Origin: a virus
Direction: 5' to 3' (one strand)
Length of the DNA: 64,000 nucleotides
IMG/VR virus record: IMGVR_UViG_3300031873_000003
Span: 1 to 64,000 of that record
In this document: positions 47,132 to 56,579 of the stretch, piece by piece
How the letters are laid out: each line of letters begins with the position of its first letter
Numbering within the stretch: the first letter of the stretch is position 1
Notes under the pieces: generated by a model
The model's database searches: none
What the model was told of the DNA's origin: nothing
Seen by the model: the letters and a program-made list of their open reading frames with translations, nothing else
Position numbers and translations under genes: made by a program

Positions 47132-47725
47132 GTGATGGGAACCGATAACGAGATACGTAATAGGTTTAGGGTTCGTTCTGGGGACACCCTTCCCCACAAG
47201 ACACATAATTGCACCAGGGAAACCTTGGCTAAATTTATGGGAGATATGGCATTTCAAGCAGGGGCGGAAATAGGGGTTGCGAAGGGAGACTTTTCTCTCG
47301 TTCTTTGTTCTTACATTCCCAATCTAAAACTGAAACTGATAGACCCCTGGGATACATTTGGAAGACGTACGACAAGGGAAAGTAACGAGAAGAACTTACA
47401 AAGGGCCATGAACAGACTGAAAGGGTTTCCAAATTGCGAATTTATACGGAAGGGCAGCTTGGATGCGGTCAAAGATGTTCCAGACAATTCCCTTGATTTT
47501 GTCTATATCGATGAGATGCATGAATTCGACCCTGTGATGATGGACTTGATCCAGTGGAGCCCAAAGGTAAGGTCTGGGGGGATTGTGTCTGGTCATGATT
47601 ACTCGAATGTCTTCTATCAGTTTGGCGTAATACAAGCAGTGCATTCCTATACATACATACATAATATATATAATTGGTATATAACTTCAGACGATGTACA
47701 TCCGTCATTTTTTTGGGTAAAGTGA
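47132..47725 (+). CDS. class I SAM methyltransferase (Methyltransf_24-like)
   Basis: GAEIGV..G, LDFVYID..H, GGIVSGHDY. Confidence 0.9.
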   Translation: MMGTDNEIRNRFRVRSGDTLPHKTHNCTRETLAKFMGDMAFQAGAEIGVAKGDFSLVLCSYIPNLKLKLIDPWDTFGRRTTRESNEKNLQRAMNRLKGFPNCEFIRKGSLDAVKDVPDNSLDFVYIDEMHEFDPVMMDLIQWSPKVRSGGIVSGHDYSNVFYQFGVIQAVHSYTYIHNIYNWYITSDDVHPSFFWVK

Positions 47726-47726
47726 A

Positions 47727-48452
47727 GTGATACTTGATATTTTAAGTGGCATGGTTAAACGGACGGACGTTGGGCTAACGGCGGCAGTGGCTATTTCAGG
47801 TGGAATAGATAGCGCCGTGATTCTTCATCATGTGGTGCATGACCTTATGGATGGGGATGGCTCTAAGGTTCATACGTTCACCGCTGTGTTTAAGAACAGT
47901 TCAGACGAAAGAGAGAAGGCCAAGAGGGTTGCTGAGTTTTATCATACTAACCATACAGAGGTTTTAATATCAAGAGAGCGTATGGCCTCAATGTTTCCGG
48001 TAGCCCTTCAACATTATCCATTTCCAAGATTTAATATATGGCCGTGGATAGTAGTTGAGGCAGTGAAAGAAAATGGACTTGGATGTTTATTTATTGCAGA
48101 AGGGGCAGACGAACTTTTTGGGTACTCCGATCGTTCATTTCTTGAGGGATGGGCGGGTCAATTGATATGGGTATGGCCTGCATGGGAGGAACCATGCCGA
48201 CACTATGACGTTAAGCTATTCGCACCCTTTATGGCTATACAGGACAGCCGGTTGCCAGTCATAGAGTTTTATAAACCACCTAACAAGGAATTGTTAAGGC
48301 GGGAATATCAAGGAATACTTCCAGGATTTATTATAGCACAATCTTCTACTTCTCCGGCATTAGGATTCTATAAGATGATGGGGATGACCAGGGAACAGCT
48401 TCAGTTGGAAGCCTCAAAAGTATGGCATGAAGTACATATTAGAGCTAACTAA
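47727..48452 (+). CDS. asparagine-synthetase C-terminal-like ATP pyrophosphatase
   Basis: ISGGIDS, EGADELFGY. Confidence 0.82.
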   Translation: MILDILSGMVKRTDVGLTAAVAISGGIDSAVILHHVVHDLMDGDGSKVHTFTAVFKNSSDEREKAKRVAEFYHTNHTEVLISRERMASMFPVALQHYPFPRFNIWPWIVVEAVKENGLGCLFIAEGADELFGYSDRSFLEGWAGQLIWVWPAWEEPCRHYDVKLFAPFMAIQDSRLPVIEFYKPPNKELLRREYQGILPGFIIAQSSTSPALGFYKMMGMTREQLQLEASKVWHEVHIRAN

Positions 48453-49074
48453 TGACTGTAATATAACTTGCAGCATGTGTCCACGGAACTATATCGATAT
48501 GGAAATTGGATATATGTCTATGGGGTTATGGAAAATGATGGTAGATAGGATGCCTCTTGGATCAACCGTGCTTCCGTTTTGGAGGGGGGAATCAACCATG
48601 CACCCAGATTTCTGCGAGATGATCAGTTGTTTGAATGGGTGCAAGGTGGTGTTGGCTACCAATGGAATTATCACTGATAAAATTATTGATGTACTACCAT
48701 ACATCGACGTTATCAATGTAAGTATTCATAATCAGGATTCATACACGGGATATGTAAGTCTAAGGGATCATGTAATCGGTTCAAAACCGATTGTCATTGC
48801 ATCAATGGTTGAAGGAGAAAGGCCGCTGGTCGAGAACCCAAGAATATATAAGAAGCATAGCGTTGATGGATCATGGGGAAAGGTGGAGGAAATACCTCTT
48901 GGCCTATCAAGGGGTAATTCGTGCTCAAGGCTGAACGAGACAGTATTATCATGGGATGGTAGGTCCTGCCGGTGTTGTTATGTGTGGGATACCTCCAAGA
49001 CTAAACAGTTTAATTATCCTGACGAAACATGTAGCACATGCAACCAGTGGGCGGGCGGAGACCGAACGTTATGA
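48427..49074 (+). CDS. radical SAM / SPASM-like protein
   Basis: CNITCSMC; C-terminal C..WDG..CC..C..C. Confidence 0.88.
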   Translation: MKYILELTNDCNITCSMCPRNYIDMEIGYMSMGLWKMMVDRMPLGSTVLPFWRGESTMHPDFCEMISCLNGCKVVLATNGIITDKIIDVLPYIDVINVSIHNQDSYTGYVSLRDHVIGSKPIVIASMVEGERPLVENPRIYKKHSVDGSWGKVEEIPLGLSRGNSCSRLNETVLSWDGRSCRCCYVWDTSKTKQFNYPDETCSTCNQWAGGDRTL

Positions 49075-49760
49075 GCAGAATCGGAGCATTACTTACGTCT
49101 ATAGATGAACCACAACTCCAAAGATGCCTTACGTCTATAGGTTCCCAGGCAGTTCCATTTTCAGATTTTGTGCATATCAATAACGTAGTTCCTGCGTCTG
49201 CGGCACTTAACTTAGGGATTAGCAAGGTAAGTTCGGAATGGTTCATGTATATTGGGGGAGACTTCATTCTTCACCAAAACGCAGTAGAGGTTGCGCATGG
49301 ATATATCGACCATGAGGGAAATGATCAAATATGTGGATATTGCTTCGGAATTTACGATACGTTCCTGCAATGCACCACCGGATATTGCAATGTGTACCGT
49401 ACCATAGTTTTTAAGCTTGAATTGGCTCGTGACACCCTGTATGACGATAGGCAACTTTCAGGGAGATTAAGAAGGAAGGGGTGGAAGTTTAGGAAACCCA
49501 AGGAAGTTCTTGCTACGCATTTTGATGATCCAAGCGAGTTTCAGGTATTCTGTAGATTTTTCTTTCATGCTAATAAGTTTAACGATGACAACTCTTACGT
49601 CAGGGATAGAATGAACGAGTTACTGAAGGATACGGGAAATCCGTTGTATCAGGTTGGACTTGATGCCTTAAACTTTGCAAAGCTTAAACATAATTATCCC
49701 GGAAGCCCTAATCTGGACTTTAATAAAAAGATGTTTGAGGAATTTAAAAGGAGGGATTAA
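49071..49760 (+). CDS. glycosyltransferase family 2-like
   Basis: LQRCLTSI..Q...ALNLGI...WFMYIGGDFIL. Confidence 0.7.
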   Translation: MSRIGALLTSIDEPQLQRCLTSIGSQAVPFSDFVHINNVVPASAALNLGISKVSSEWFMYIGGDFILHQNAVEVAHGYIDHEGNDQICGYCFGIYDTFLQCTTGYCNVYRTIVFKLELARDTLYDDRQLSGRLRRKGWKFRKPKEVLATHFDDPSEFQVFCRFFFHANKFNDDNSYVRDRMNELLKDTGNPLYQVGLDALNFAKLKHNYPGSPNLDFNKKMFEEFKRRD

Positions 49761-50529
49761 AGAGAAGTTGGCAGAGAAGAAAGTCTCAATTGTCGTTGCA
49801 GTCTTGAACTCGCATATTATCGTTCTTAGGCAAATACGAGCGTGGAAATCTATGCATTTACCCGATGGCGTTGAGATCATTCTTGTTGATGATGGAAGCA
49901 ATCCACCTATTTTACATACAGCAGAGAGTACTGGACTTAGGAATTTAATTGTACTTGCAACTCACGACAAGAGGCCCTGGACGCAAGGATTGGCGAGAAA
50001 TATGGGGGCAGCAAAAGCACAAGGTGAATATCTATTTTTTACCGACATAGATCATATCATTACAAGAGAGGCAATAGATGATGTGCTTAAGTTTGATGGT
50101 AACAAGATGGTGTTTCCCAGGTACTTCGGGATACTTGATAGGAAGGGAAATATTATCAATGACGAAAAGTCACTGCTGGACTTTGGGCTTGATCCTGCAA
50201 GAGTGAGGACACATCGGGGACATCTATGCGGAGGGTTTCACGGAAACACCTACGCTATTCGGAAAAGTATTTTTGAAAAGATTGGTGGGTACATACCTCG
50301 TTACTGCGAGTCGGGCTTCCATGTGGGAGGCAAACATCAATCGGAAGAGAGTAAGTTTAACAGTATGTATAGGAATTTTAAAGAGGAAGGATTTATTCCA
50401 ACCGAGACCATAGGTTCCAAGATTTATCATTATCCCGTAAGTAAATTCAGAACGGACGGAGACAATAATCCGTTTGGACTGTTCCATGAGCTGAGCTTGG
50501 AACAAGTTCCACAACCCAGGAAGTTATGA
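49675..50529 (+). CDS. glycosyltransferase family 2 (true start probably near 49768)
   Basis: EIILVDDGS, ARNMGA, LFFTDIDH. Confidence 0.88.
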   Translation: MQSLNIIIPEALIWTLIKRCLRNLKGGIKEKLAEKKVSIVVAVLNSHIIVLRQIRAWKSMHLPDGVEIILVDDGSNPPILHTAESTGLRNLIVLATHDKRPWTQGLARNMGAAKAQGEYLFFTDIDHIITREAIDDVLKFDGNKMVFPRYFGILDRKGNIINDEKSLLDFGLDPARVRTHRGHLCGGFHGNTYAIRKSIFEKIGGYIPRYCESGFHVGGKHQSEESKFNSMYRNFKEEGFIPTETIGSKIYHYPVSKFRTDGDNNPFGLFHELSLEQVPQPRKL

Positions 50530-51398
50530 AACTTCTACTTATTCGTTCGGCCAGTTGCAGTGGTCACTCCTACATGGTTCAGTGTTTGCACTACATGACG
50601 GGAATCGAACCGACCGTAGTTCATATTGATAGTTGCCACACGATTGACTATGGCGAGCACGACTACCTTATTTATAATGCATTTTCTAACGAGAGTTACG
50701 CACCGAAGTTTGACACCAAGATTATATATCCAGCCGATGAGCGATTCCATGCGTTCAAGGGCAAAAAGATATTGTTTGATACACACGACGAAGGAAATAG
50801 GGATGGGTTCGAGAGGATGAAGGGTTACGGCTACCCAAGGCTTAAGATAAATCCTGGATATGATTTCATGACTAAGTTCAACGTAGTGGCTGCAATACCA
50901 TTTACGGCATACCATAGATTTTTCTTGAAGTCTCCTGTGCCCAAAACAATTCCCCTGCTCTATTGTGTCAATTGTAAGGGGATTACGTTTCCCCCCAACA
51001 TAAGACCTACGGTATTCGAGAGACTAAAGCCGTTTAATCCATACACTACCAGAACATCCATGAACTATTATGCGGATACGCTAAAGACCGCAAAGATATC
51101 GGTAACTGTGCCGGGATATGGAACTGGATGTAAGTCCCATGTTGAGGCGTTAGCGGCAAGTACACTTCTTTTTTCGTATGATTCTATTAGCATGGTAAAG
51201 ACCTTACCATTCGCAGACCTTGTTGATGGAAAGCATTACATTTCATTTAACCTTGATAATCTTGAGGAGAAATTATCCTTATGCTTATCTGACGATAAAC
51301 TTGTGGAAGAGGTTAGCAGGGAGGGTCATTTGTGCTTTAGGTTGGGTTACGATCCCCGTCGGACGGGGGAGGAGATAGCAAGATGGTTCAGCTCATAG
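50526..51398 (+). CDS. glycosyltransferase-like protein (GT-B, CgeB/Glyco_trans_1_2-like)
   Basis: Y...L..AKIS...G.G....EAL...DGKHYI. Confidence 0.65.
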   Translation: MKLLLIRSASCSGHSYMVQCLHYMTGIEPTVVHIDSCHTIDYGEHDYLIYNAFSNESYAPKFDTKIIYPADERFHAFKGKKILFDTHDEGNRDGFERMKGYGYPRLKINPGYDFMTKFNVVAAIPFTAYHRFFLKSPVPKTIPLLYCVNCKGITFPPNIRPTVFERLKPFNPYTTRTSMNYYADTLKTAKISVTVPGYGTGCKSHVEALAASTLLFSYDSISMVKTLPFADLVDGKHYISFNLDNLEEKLSLCLSDDKLVEEVSREGHLCFRLGYDPRRTGEEIARWFSS

Positions 51399-52144
51399 AC
51401 TGCTTTATGTTCTTTAATGAGATAGACCTGCTTGAAATAAGATTGAATTCTCTTGCTCCTTACGTCAATCGTTTCGTGCTGTGCGAGATGCCAATAACTC
51501 ATAGCGGTAAACCAAAGCCTCTTTTTTTCCAGGACAATAAGGATAGGTTTAAGGATTTCAATATCACTTATCTGGTGGCGCCCCCCAGGGAAGGTAGTTC
51601 ATGGAAATTGGAGCATTACCAGAGGGATTATTTGTTAAATGGAATTACAGACGTAGACCCAGATGATATTATGTTGATCTCAGACATGGACGAGATTCCT
51701 GACATCAGCAAGTATCACCTCGGAGATGAGGGAGTCTTCAGGCAAAGCATGTATTACTACTACTTTAATGTCTATGTATCCGGAAGTTGGAAGGGGACGA
51801 TTGCGAAAAAACGTAAAAGCTTTGCAAACTTTAATGACATAAGAAATCTTAGAAACAGAATGCCAACCATTGTTAAGCAGGGGGGATGGCATTTTTCCAC
51901 TATGGGAACCGCAGAGGACATTAAGTATAAGATTGAATCTTTCGCCCACATTGAACTGGATAAACCTGAATTCAAGTCCAGGATTGAAGAAAATAGAAAG
52001 AACTTGGTTGATCCTTATAATCGTGGTGCGCCAAATTGGGGCGAGAGAGGACTAAAATTGATAGTGCAGATGCCCAGTGGGCCGCAATGGTTATTAGAGA
52101 ATAGGGAAAAATACGAACATTTATTTTGGAAGGGCGATGCATAG
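51383..52144 (+). CDS. GT17-like (beta-1,4-GlcNAc transferase-like) protein
   Basis: DCFMFFNEIDLLEIRL, THSGKPK, E..QR, ISDMDEIP, GGWHFS, KIESFAH. Confidence 0.88.
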   Translation: MVQLIDCFMFFNEIDLLEIRLNSLAPYVNRFVLCEMPITHSGKPKPLFFQDNKDRFKDFNITYLVAPPREGSSWKLEHYQRDYLLNGITDVDPDDIMLISDMDEIPDISKYHLGDEGVFRQSMYYYYFNVYVSGSWKGTIAKKRKSFANFNDIRNLRNRMPTIVKQGGWHFSTMGTAEDIKYKIESFAHIELDKPEFKSRIEENRKNLVDPYNRGAPNWGERGLKLIVQMPSGPQWLLENREKYEHLFWKGDA

Positions 52145-52610
52145 CAATAGCATTAAACTTATGCGTTGGTTTAGGGATAAGTATTTACAGGAGTTGAAAG
52201 GATGTACCGTGCTGGATATTGGGTCTAAGGTAGGCAGAACTTCAAGGAATGCTACGTACGGAGGTAGGGTATTTTTTCCCCCAGACTATAATTATATTGG
52301 AATGGATGTTGTTCCGGGAAGAAACGTGACAATAGTGGGATACGATAATCTTCCAGTGTGTGAGGTGGTTGTCAGTGGGCAGGTTATGGAGCATGTGCAG
52401 AGGCCGTGGGAGTGGCTGAAGAATTTGGTGCAATATTACACAAAGTTTATCTGTGTTATTGCTCCGAATACTTGCCCGGAGCATAAGTTTCCTTTCGATA
52501 CATATAGATATTTCACAGATGGAATGCGTGATTTATTTGAGTACGCAGGTATTCGAGAGATTGAAATCAGAATGAGTGGAAATGATACGATAGGAGTTGG
52601 GGGGAAATAA
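52137..52610 (+). CDS. SAM-dependent methyltransferase
   Basis: VLDIGS, GMDVVPG.NV, SGQVMEHV..PW. Confidence 0.85.
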   Translation: MHSNSIKLMRWFRDKYLQELKGCTVLDIGSKVGRTSRNATYGGRVFFPPDYNYIGMDVVPGRNVTIVGYDNLPVCEVVVSGQVMEHVQRPWEWLKNLVQYYTKFICVIAPNTCPEHKFPFDTYRYFTDGMRDLFEYAGIREIEIRMSGNDTIGVGGK

Positions 52611-52630
52611 TGCCAAACTTTACGGCAAGC

Positions 52631-52852
52631 TTAATTGCCCTTGGACAATACAACCCAGTCCGTTCCCGACATGTCTCCAGTAGAGATGACCAGGGGGTGA
52701 AGACTTTGGTCTTTGGGCGTGAAAATGACAAGTTTTTCCTGGGACATGACCACATAGGTTCCGTCGTCGGGCCATTCAAGGCGTCTCAGTTTTTTCCCTT
52801 CGAGAAGACTCTCGGTACAATCGGGGAAATCCATGGTGTTTTCTTCGTTCAT
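52631..52852 (-). CDS. DUF2829 / Tad2-like protein, antisense to the operon
   Basis: MDF.....LLEGKKLRRLEW...S.GDM..TDW; AGGAGG RBS; own TTGACA-N18-TATAAT promoter at 52909-52880. Confidence 0.68.
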   Translation of the reverse strand: MNEENTMDFPDCTESLLEGKKLRRLEWPDDGTYVVMSQEKLVIFTPKDQSLHPLVISTGDMSGTDWVVLSKGN

Positions 52853-52902
52853 TGTTGGCTGACCTCCTTTTTGGGCAATATTATACGCAAAGGCGTTGGT
52901 GA

Positions 52903-55377
52903 ATGTCAAGAAAAATCGACTTAGCAAGGGGGTATATGTCTCAAAAATATAGTTTAAGCGTGTGCATTCCCGCAAGAAACGAACAATTTCTTTCCCTTAC
53001 GGTTGATGATCTCTTGAAGAATATCCGAGGGAATACTGAAATCATCGTGATATGTGACGGGAACTATCCTGACCCTCCCATTAAGGATGACCCAAGGGTA
53101 ACGCTGATCTATCATAGCCAGTCTATTGGACAGAGAGCGGCATGTAATGAGGCGGCGAGGTATTCAAGGGCGAAATATCTGGCGAAGTGTGATAGCCACT
53201 GTTCCTTTGATGAAGGGTTTGATGTGAAGTTACTTGAAGATATGCAGGATGATTGGACGATGGTTCCGATCATGAAAAATTTATGGATTTATGATTGGGT
53301 GTGCGAATCAGGCCACCGTAGGTACCAAGGTCCTTCTGGCCCCTGTACGGAATGTGGTAAACCAACTGTAAGAGATTTGAAGTGGATCGGGAAAAATAAT
53401 CCACAGAGTACAGTATACTGCTTTGACCCCGAACCGCATTTCCAGTACGCAGTAGACTTTAAGAAACGGGATTGGTATCAAAAGTCTCTTAAAGAAACAG
53501 GGTTGACCGAGACAATGAGTTTACAGGGGTCTTTTTTCATGTTAACCCGACAGAAGTATTTTGAACTCAATATGAATGACGAGGAGTTCGAGAACTGGGG
53601 ATCGCAAGGTTTAGAAGTGGCAATAAAAACATGGACTTCTGGGGGAAAGGTTATCTGTTCTCATAAGACATGGTATTCTCACTGCTTTCACACGCAAGGG
53701 GGGGATTTCGGGTTTTCATGGCCTTGTTCTGGTAGACAGGTTGCCCGAACAAAGAGAAGGGCGAAACAAGTTTTCTTCAAACAAAAATGGGGACCACAGC
53801 AAAGATATCCCCTGAGCTGGCTTGTGGAACGATTTTGGCCTACTTCTTATTGGAAAGATGAGGATTTAAGGATTCTCAAGGCGACGGAGGCGACATTCTT
53901 TGACTTTGACCTTAAACTTTTCAGGGTTCCTGGCGTAGTTGGTTCTGTTCCAAGCCCGGTGACAGATCATACATCTTCTGTGTCCTCTCTTGTCGGGAGG
54001 AGGGAGCAAGTGCCCGTTTCTGCAATGAGTCAACCTGGTCTTCCAGGGGATAATCTTATCTCCGGGACCACGGTTCTCTCTGACGTTGGCACGTCGCCTA
54101 CGTTGACCGTCGGCAGCACAGATAGTACAGATACGAAAAGGAGGACTGTTGGGAAAGTGTCTCGTGGGGGGCAAGAGGTGTCCTCTGGGGCAGTGAGTTT
54201 TGGCACGGTTGACGGAAGAAACAGCATTGGAGGGACGGAGATTATCAATCTGCAAAGCCAATCTGAGATGGAAAGGACTACAACAAGCCCTATTATTACA
54301 GACAACATGATCAACAACGGGAATGCCAGTGGCGTAACCCATAGGGACGGGTCCGATAAGCCAGGCGAAAGTCAATCTGTGCATTCTGAAGGTGTGGTTG
54401 TGTCCGATAGAGTTGGCGAGACGTTTGAAGTTGCCAAGCCCATATCCATCCTTGTCGAGACTCCCCAGCCAGTTCCAGCACCCAGTGATAGGGTCAATCT
54501 CAATCTTGGAAAAAATTCTGTCGATGTCTCTTGCGGAAAGGGTGGGGATTATGAGAAAATTGGAATTAGACATGAATCCTCCCATAGTAAGGATTTGTGT
54601 TTAGGATTGGAACGGTGCGACGAACATCGTTCCATTCCGAATACTATACCACAAGCCGATAAATTACGCAAGTGTATAATATTTTACAGTGACAATGAAT
54701 TAGATGAAACGATCTTCAAGGCAGTCCAGAAACAACTCCTTCGATCCCTCAATGGCAACGAACTCATTTCTGTCACTCTCAAGCCAATAGACTTCGGCAA
54801 AAACATCGTCCTCCCCCTAAAACGTAGCCACCTTTCTATGGCACGTCAACAGCTTGCAGGGTTGGAGGCAAGTACAGCAGACATCATATTTTTCGCAGAG
54901 CACGATATTTTATATCCAAAAGAGCATTTTGATTTTACTCCCCCACGTAAAGATGTTTTTTATTACAATTTGAACTGGTACAAGGTTCGCACCCAGGACG
55001 GCCAATCTCTTCACTTTACGGCCAAGCAAGTAAGTGGCCTATGCGCTTACCGAGACATCCTTCTCGACTACTACCGGAAGAGGGTTTCCATGATCGAGAG
55101 TGGAGAGATTGGAGGGAGAAGGCATTTTGAGCCAGGAAGCAATCATTACAGGGATGCGTATGATAAGCTTACCAACCTTGGGTCTGATACCTGGCGATCT
55201 TCCGTCCCTTACGTGGACATTAGGCACAAAGGAACTGTGACCAGGAATATCTTCGATCCCTCTGGTTATCGCAACACGATGAAGGATTGGACAATGGTGG
55301 ACGAGATACCTGGAGGGTGGGGAAAAACAAAAGGAAGATTTTGGGAGTTCTTGCAGGAGGCGGTCGATGCCATATAA
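52903..55377 (+). CDS. two-domain glycosyltransferase with a ~270-aa insert that is the antisense of an HNH gene
   Basis: N-terminal GT2 (SVCIPARNE..KCDSH); C-terminal GT-A (IIFYSDN..FFAEHDILY); alternative start 52936. Confidence 0.82.
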   Translation: MSRKIDLARGYMSQKYSLSVCIPARNEQFLSLTVDDLLKNIRGNTEIIVICDGNYPDPPIKDDPRVTLIYHSQSIGQRAACNEAARYSRAKYLAKCDSHCSFDEGFDVKLLEDMQDDWTMVPIMKNLWIYDWVCESGHRRYQGPSGPCTECGKPTVRDLKWIGKNNPQSTVYCFDPEPHFQYAVDFKKRDWYQKSLKETGLTETMSLQGSFFMLTRQKYFELNMNDEEFENWGSQGLEVAIKTWTSGGKVICSHKTWYSHCFHTQGGDFGFSWPCSGRQVARTKRRAKQVFFKQKWGPQQRYPLSWLVERFWPTSYWKDEDLRILKATEATFFDFDLKLFRVPGVVGSVPSPVTDHTSSVSSLVGRREQVPVSAMSQPGLPGDNLISGTTVLSDVGTSPTLTVGSTDSTDTKRRTVGKVSRGGQEVSSGAVSFGTVDGRNSIGGTEIINLQSQSEMERTTTSPIITDNMINNGNASGVTHRDGSDKPGESQSVHSEGVVVSDRVGETFEVAKPISILVETPQPVPAPSDRVNLNLGKNSVDVSCGKGGDYEKIGIRHESSHSKDLCLGLERCDEHRSIPNTIPQADKLRKCIIFYSDNELDETIFKAVQKQLLRSLNGNELISVTLKPIDFGKNIVLPLKRSHLSMARQQLAGLEASTADIIFFAEHDILYPKEHFDFTPPRKDVFYYNLNWYKVRTQDGQSLHFTAKQVSGLCAYRDILLDYYRKRVSMIESGEIGGRRHFEPGSNHYRDAYDKLTNLGSDTWRSSVPYVDIRHKGTVTRNIFDPSGYRNTMKDWTMVDEIPGGWGKTKGRFWEFLQEAVDAI
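53866..54573 (-). CDS. HNH homing endonuclease nested antisense inside the glycosyltransferase
   Basis: GCWNWLG..DKDGYG, HRL.F, VDHVVCNNRACC.P.HL, KTHCPRGH and THCRNGH zinc fingers; GGAGG RBS; TTGCGT-N17-TATAGT promoter at 54671-54643. Confidence 0.92.
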   Translation of the reverse strand: MSNSNFLIIPTLSARDIDRIFSKIEIDPITGCWNWLGSLDKDGYGLGNFKRLANSIGHNHTFRMHRLTFAWLIGPVPMGYATGIPVVDHVVCNNRACCSPFHLRLALQIDNLRPSNAVSSVNRAKTHCPRGHLLPPTRHFPNSPPFRICTICAADGQRRRRANVRENRGPGDKIIPWKTRLTHCRNGHLLPPPDKRGHRRCMICHRAWNRTNYARNPEKFKVKVKECRLRRLENP

Positions 55378-55609
55378 AAAATACCCACCCGTAGATGAAG
55401 CGACGATGGACAGAAAAAGATTCGAGGGACATCATTCCGTGTGCCAGACCCTAAGAGATATTTATCATCTTACGGATGATCCGGAGATTAAGCTTAAGTG
55501 CAGGTTGGCGGTGGCAATGACGAAAGCTATGCACGAGCGCCTAAAATGGTACAAGGCAAAGAACCTTGCCGAAGCAGAAATAAGGGAGAAAAAGGATGCC
55601 TCAACTTAA
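55367..55609 (+). CDS. hypothetical protein, paralog of the 44223 gene
   Basis: SVCQTLRDIY...DPEIKLKCRLA..M.KAM. Confidence 0.65.
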   Translation: MPYKKYPPVDEATMDRKRFEGHHSVCQTLRDIYHLTDDPEIKLKCRLAVAMTKAMHERLKWYKAKNLAEAEIREKKDAST

Positions 55610-56579
55610 CTTTGAATATAAAAACCTTATAGGCATTTCAAGGCAGAAGGATACCAACAGAATTCCGGTAGGATATGTTGCCTACGCCATGAATGTTGAT
55701 TCGGATGATGAAAAGAAACTTCGTAGACGCAGGGGTCTTACTTCTGTTTCCACGGTGAATACCCATAGCGTATGGTCAAACAGGGATATCTGTCTATGTG
55801 TCCAGGGAGGCGTCTTAAAAGAGGTAACAATTAACCTTGTTACCAACACAGCCACCTATGTTACCCTGTTATCTGGGGCGGGCGATACACCCATGATCTT
55901 TCGGGAAGCGGGGGATATGGTCTTTTTTTCCAATAGCGACGTTTTTGGATATATCCGGGAACATGCGGTACATGGTATTTCAGAAGTTAGCGAGACCTTT
56001 AAGGTTCGGATGGTGGGAGGACACCTGATGGAATATTGGGATTCTCGCCTATGGGTATTTCAGGATAACATTCTGATTTATTCCGATGCCACAGAACCAA
56101 TGGTTAGAGACGAGAGGCATAACTTCGTGACGTTCAATGGCCGTGGAAGGATGCTTGAGGCCGTCAGGGACGGGATTTACGTGAGCGATAACGAAAGGTG
56201 TGGTTTTCTTCAGGGAGGAGCGGGAGACCCTCCCAAGTTCAATTATACCGAGGTCTGTCCTTCTCCATGTATCGAAGGCATGGCAGTCTCAAGTGTTGAA
56301 CAATTAGCAGGAATATCGGTTAAGGTGGTATTCTGGGTTACAGAGGAAGGTTGTTACATGGGACTGCCAGGGGGGCAAGTGAATAAGGTTACGGGGGATC
56401 ATTTTTACATTGAAGGGGCGTCAATAGGGAGGATGATGGTTTTGAATAGGTCTTTTCCGGATCATACAAGTATTGACCAGCTATTAGGGACCTATGACTT
56501 ATGGCCTGGCTATGGAGGAATGGAAATAGAGTTAGATGTTCCGGCGACGGACGTTGACGGTCGCATTACTGCGGCTTAA
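55596..56579 (+). CDS. putative tail tubular/nozzle-like beta protein
   Basis: NVD.D....LRRRRG start; beta-rich; position in the structural module. Confidence 0.5.
   Translation: MPQLNFEYKNLIGISRQKDTNRIPVGYVAYAMNVDSDDEKKLRRRRGLTSVSTVNTHSVWSNRDICLCVQGGVLKEVTINLVTNTATYVTLLSGAGDTPMIFREAGDMVFFSNSDVFGYIREHAVHGISEVSETFKVRMVGGHLMEYWDSRLWVFQDNILIYSDATEPMVRDERHNFVTFNGRGRMLEAVRDGIYVSDNERCGFLQGGAGDPPKFNYTEVCPSPCIEGMAVSSVEQLAGISVKVVFWVTEEGCYMGLPGGQVNKVTGDHFYIEGASIGRMMVLNRSFPDHTSIDQLLGTYDLWPGYGGMEIELDVPATDVDGRITAA

Noticed and set aside
53866-54671. Intein or group I intron explaining the GT insert
   Set aside because: No intein terminal residues or P/Q/R/S elements were recognised by eye; a covariance search would be needed to exclude fully.
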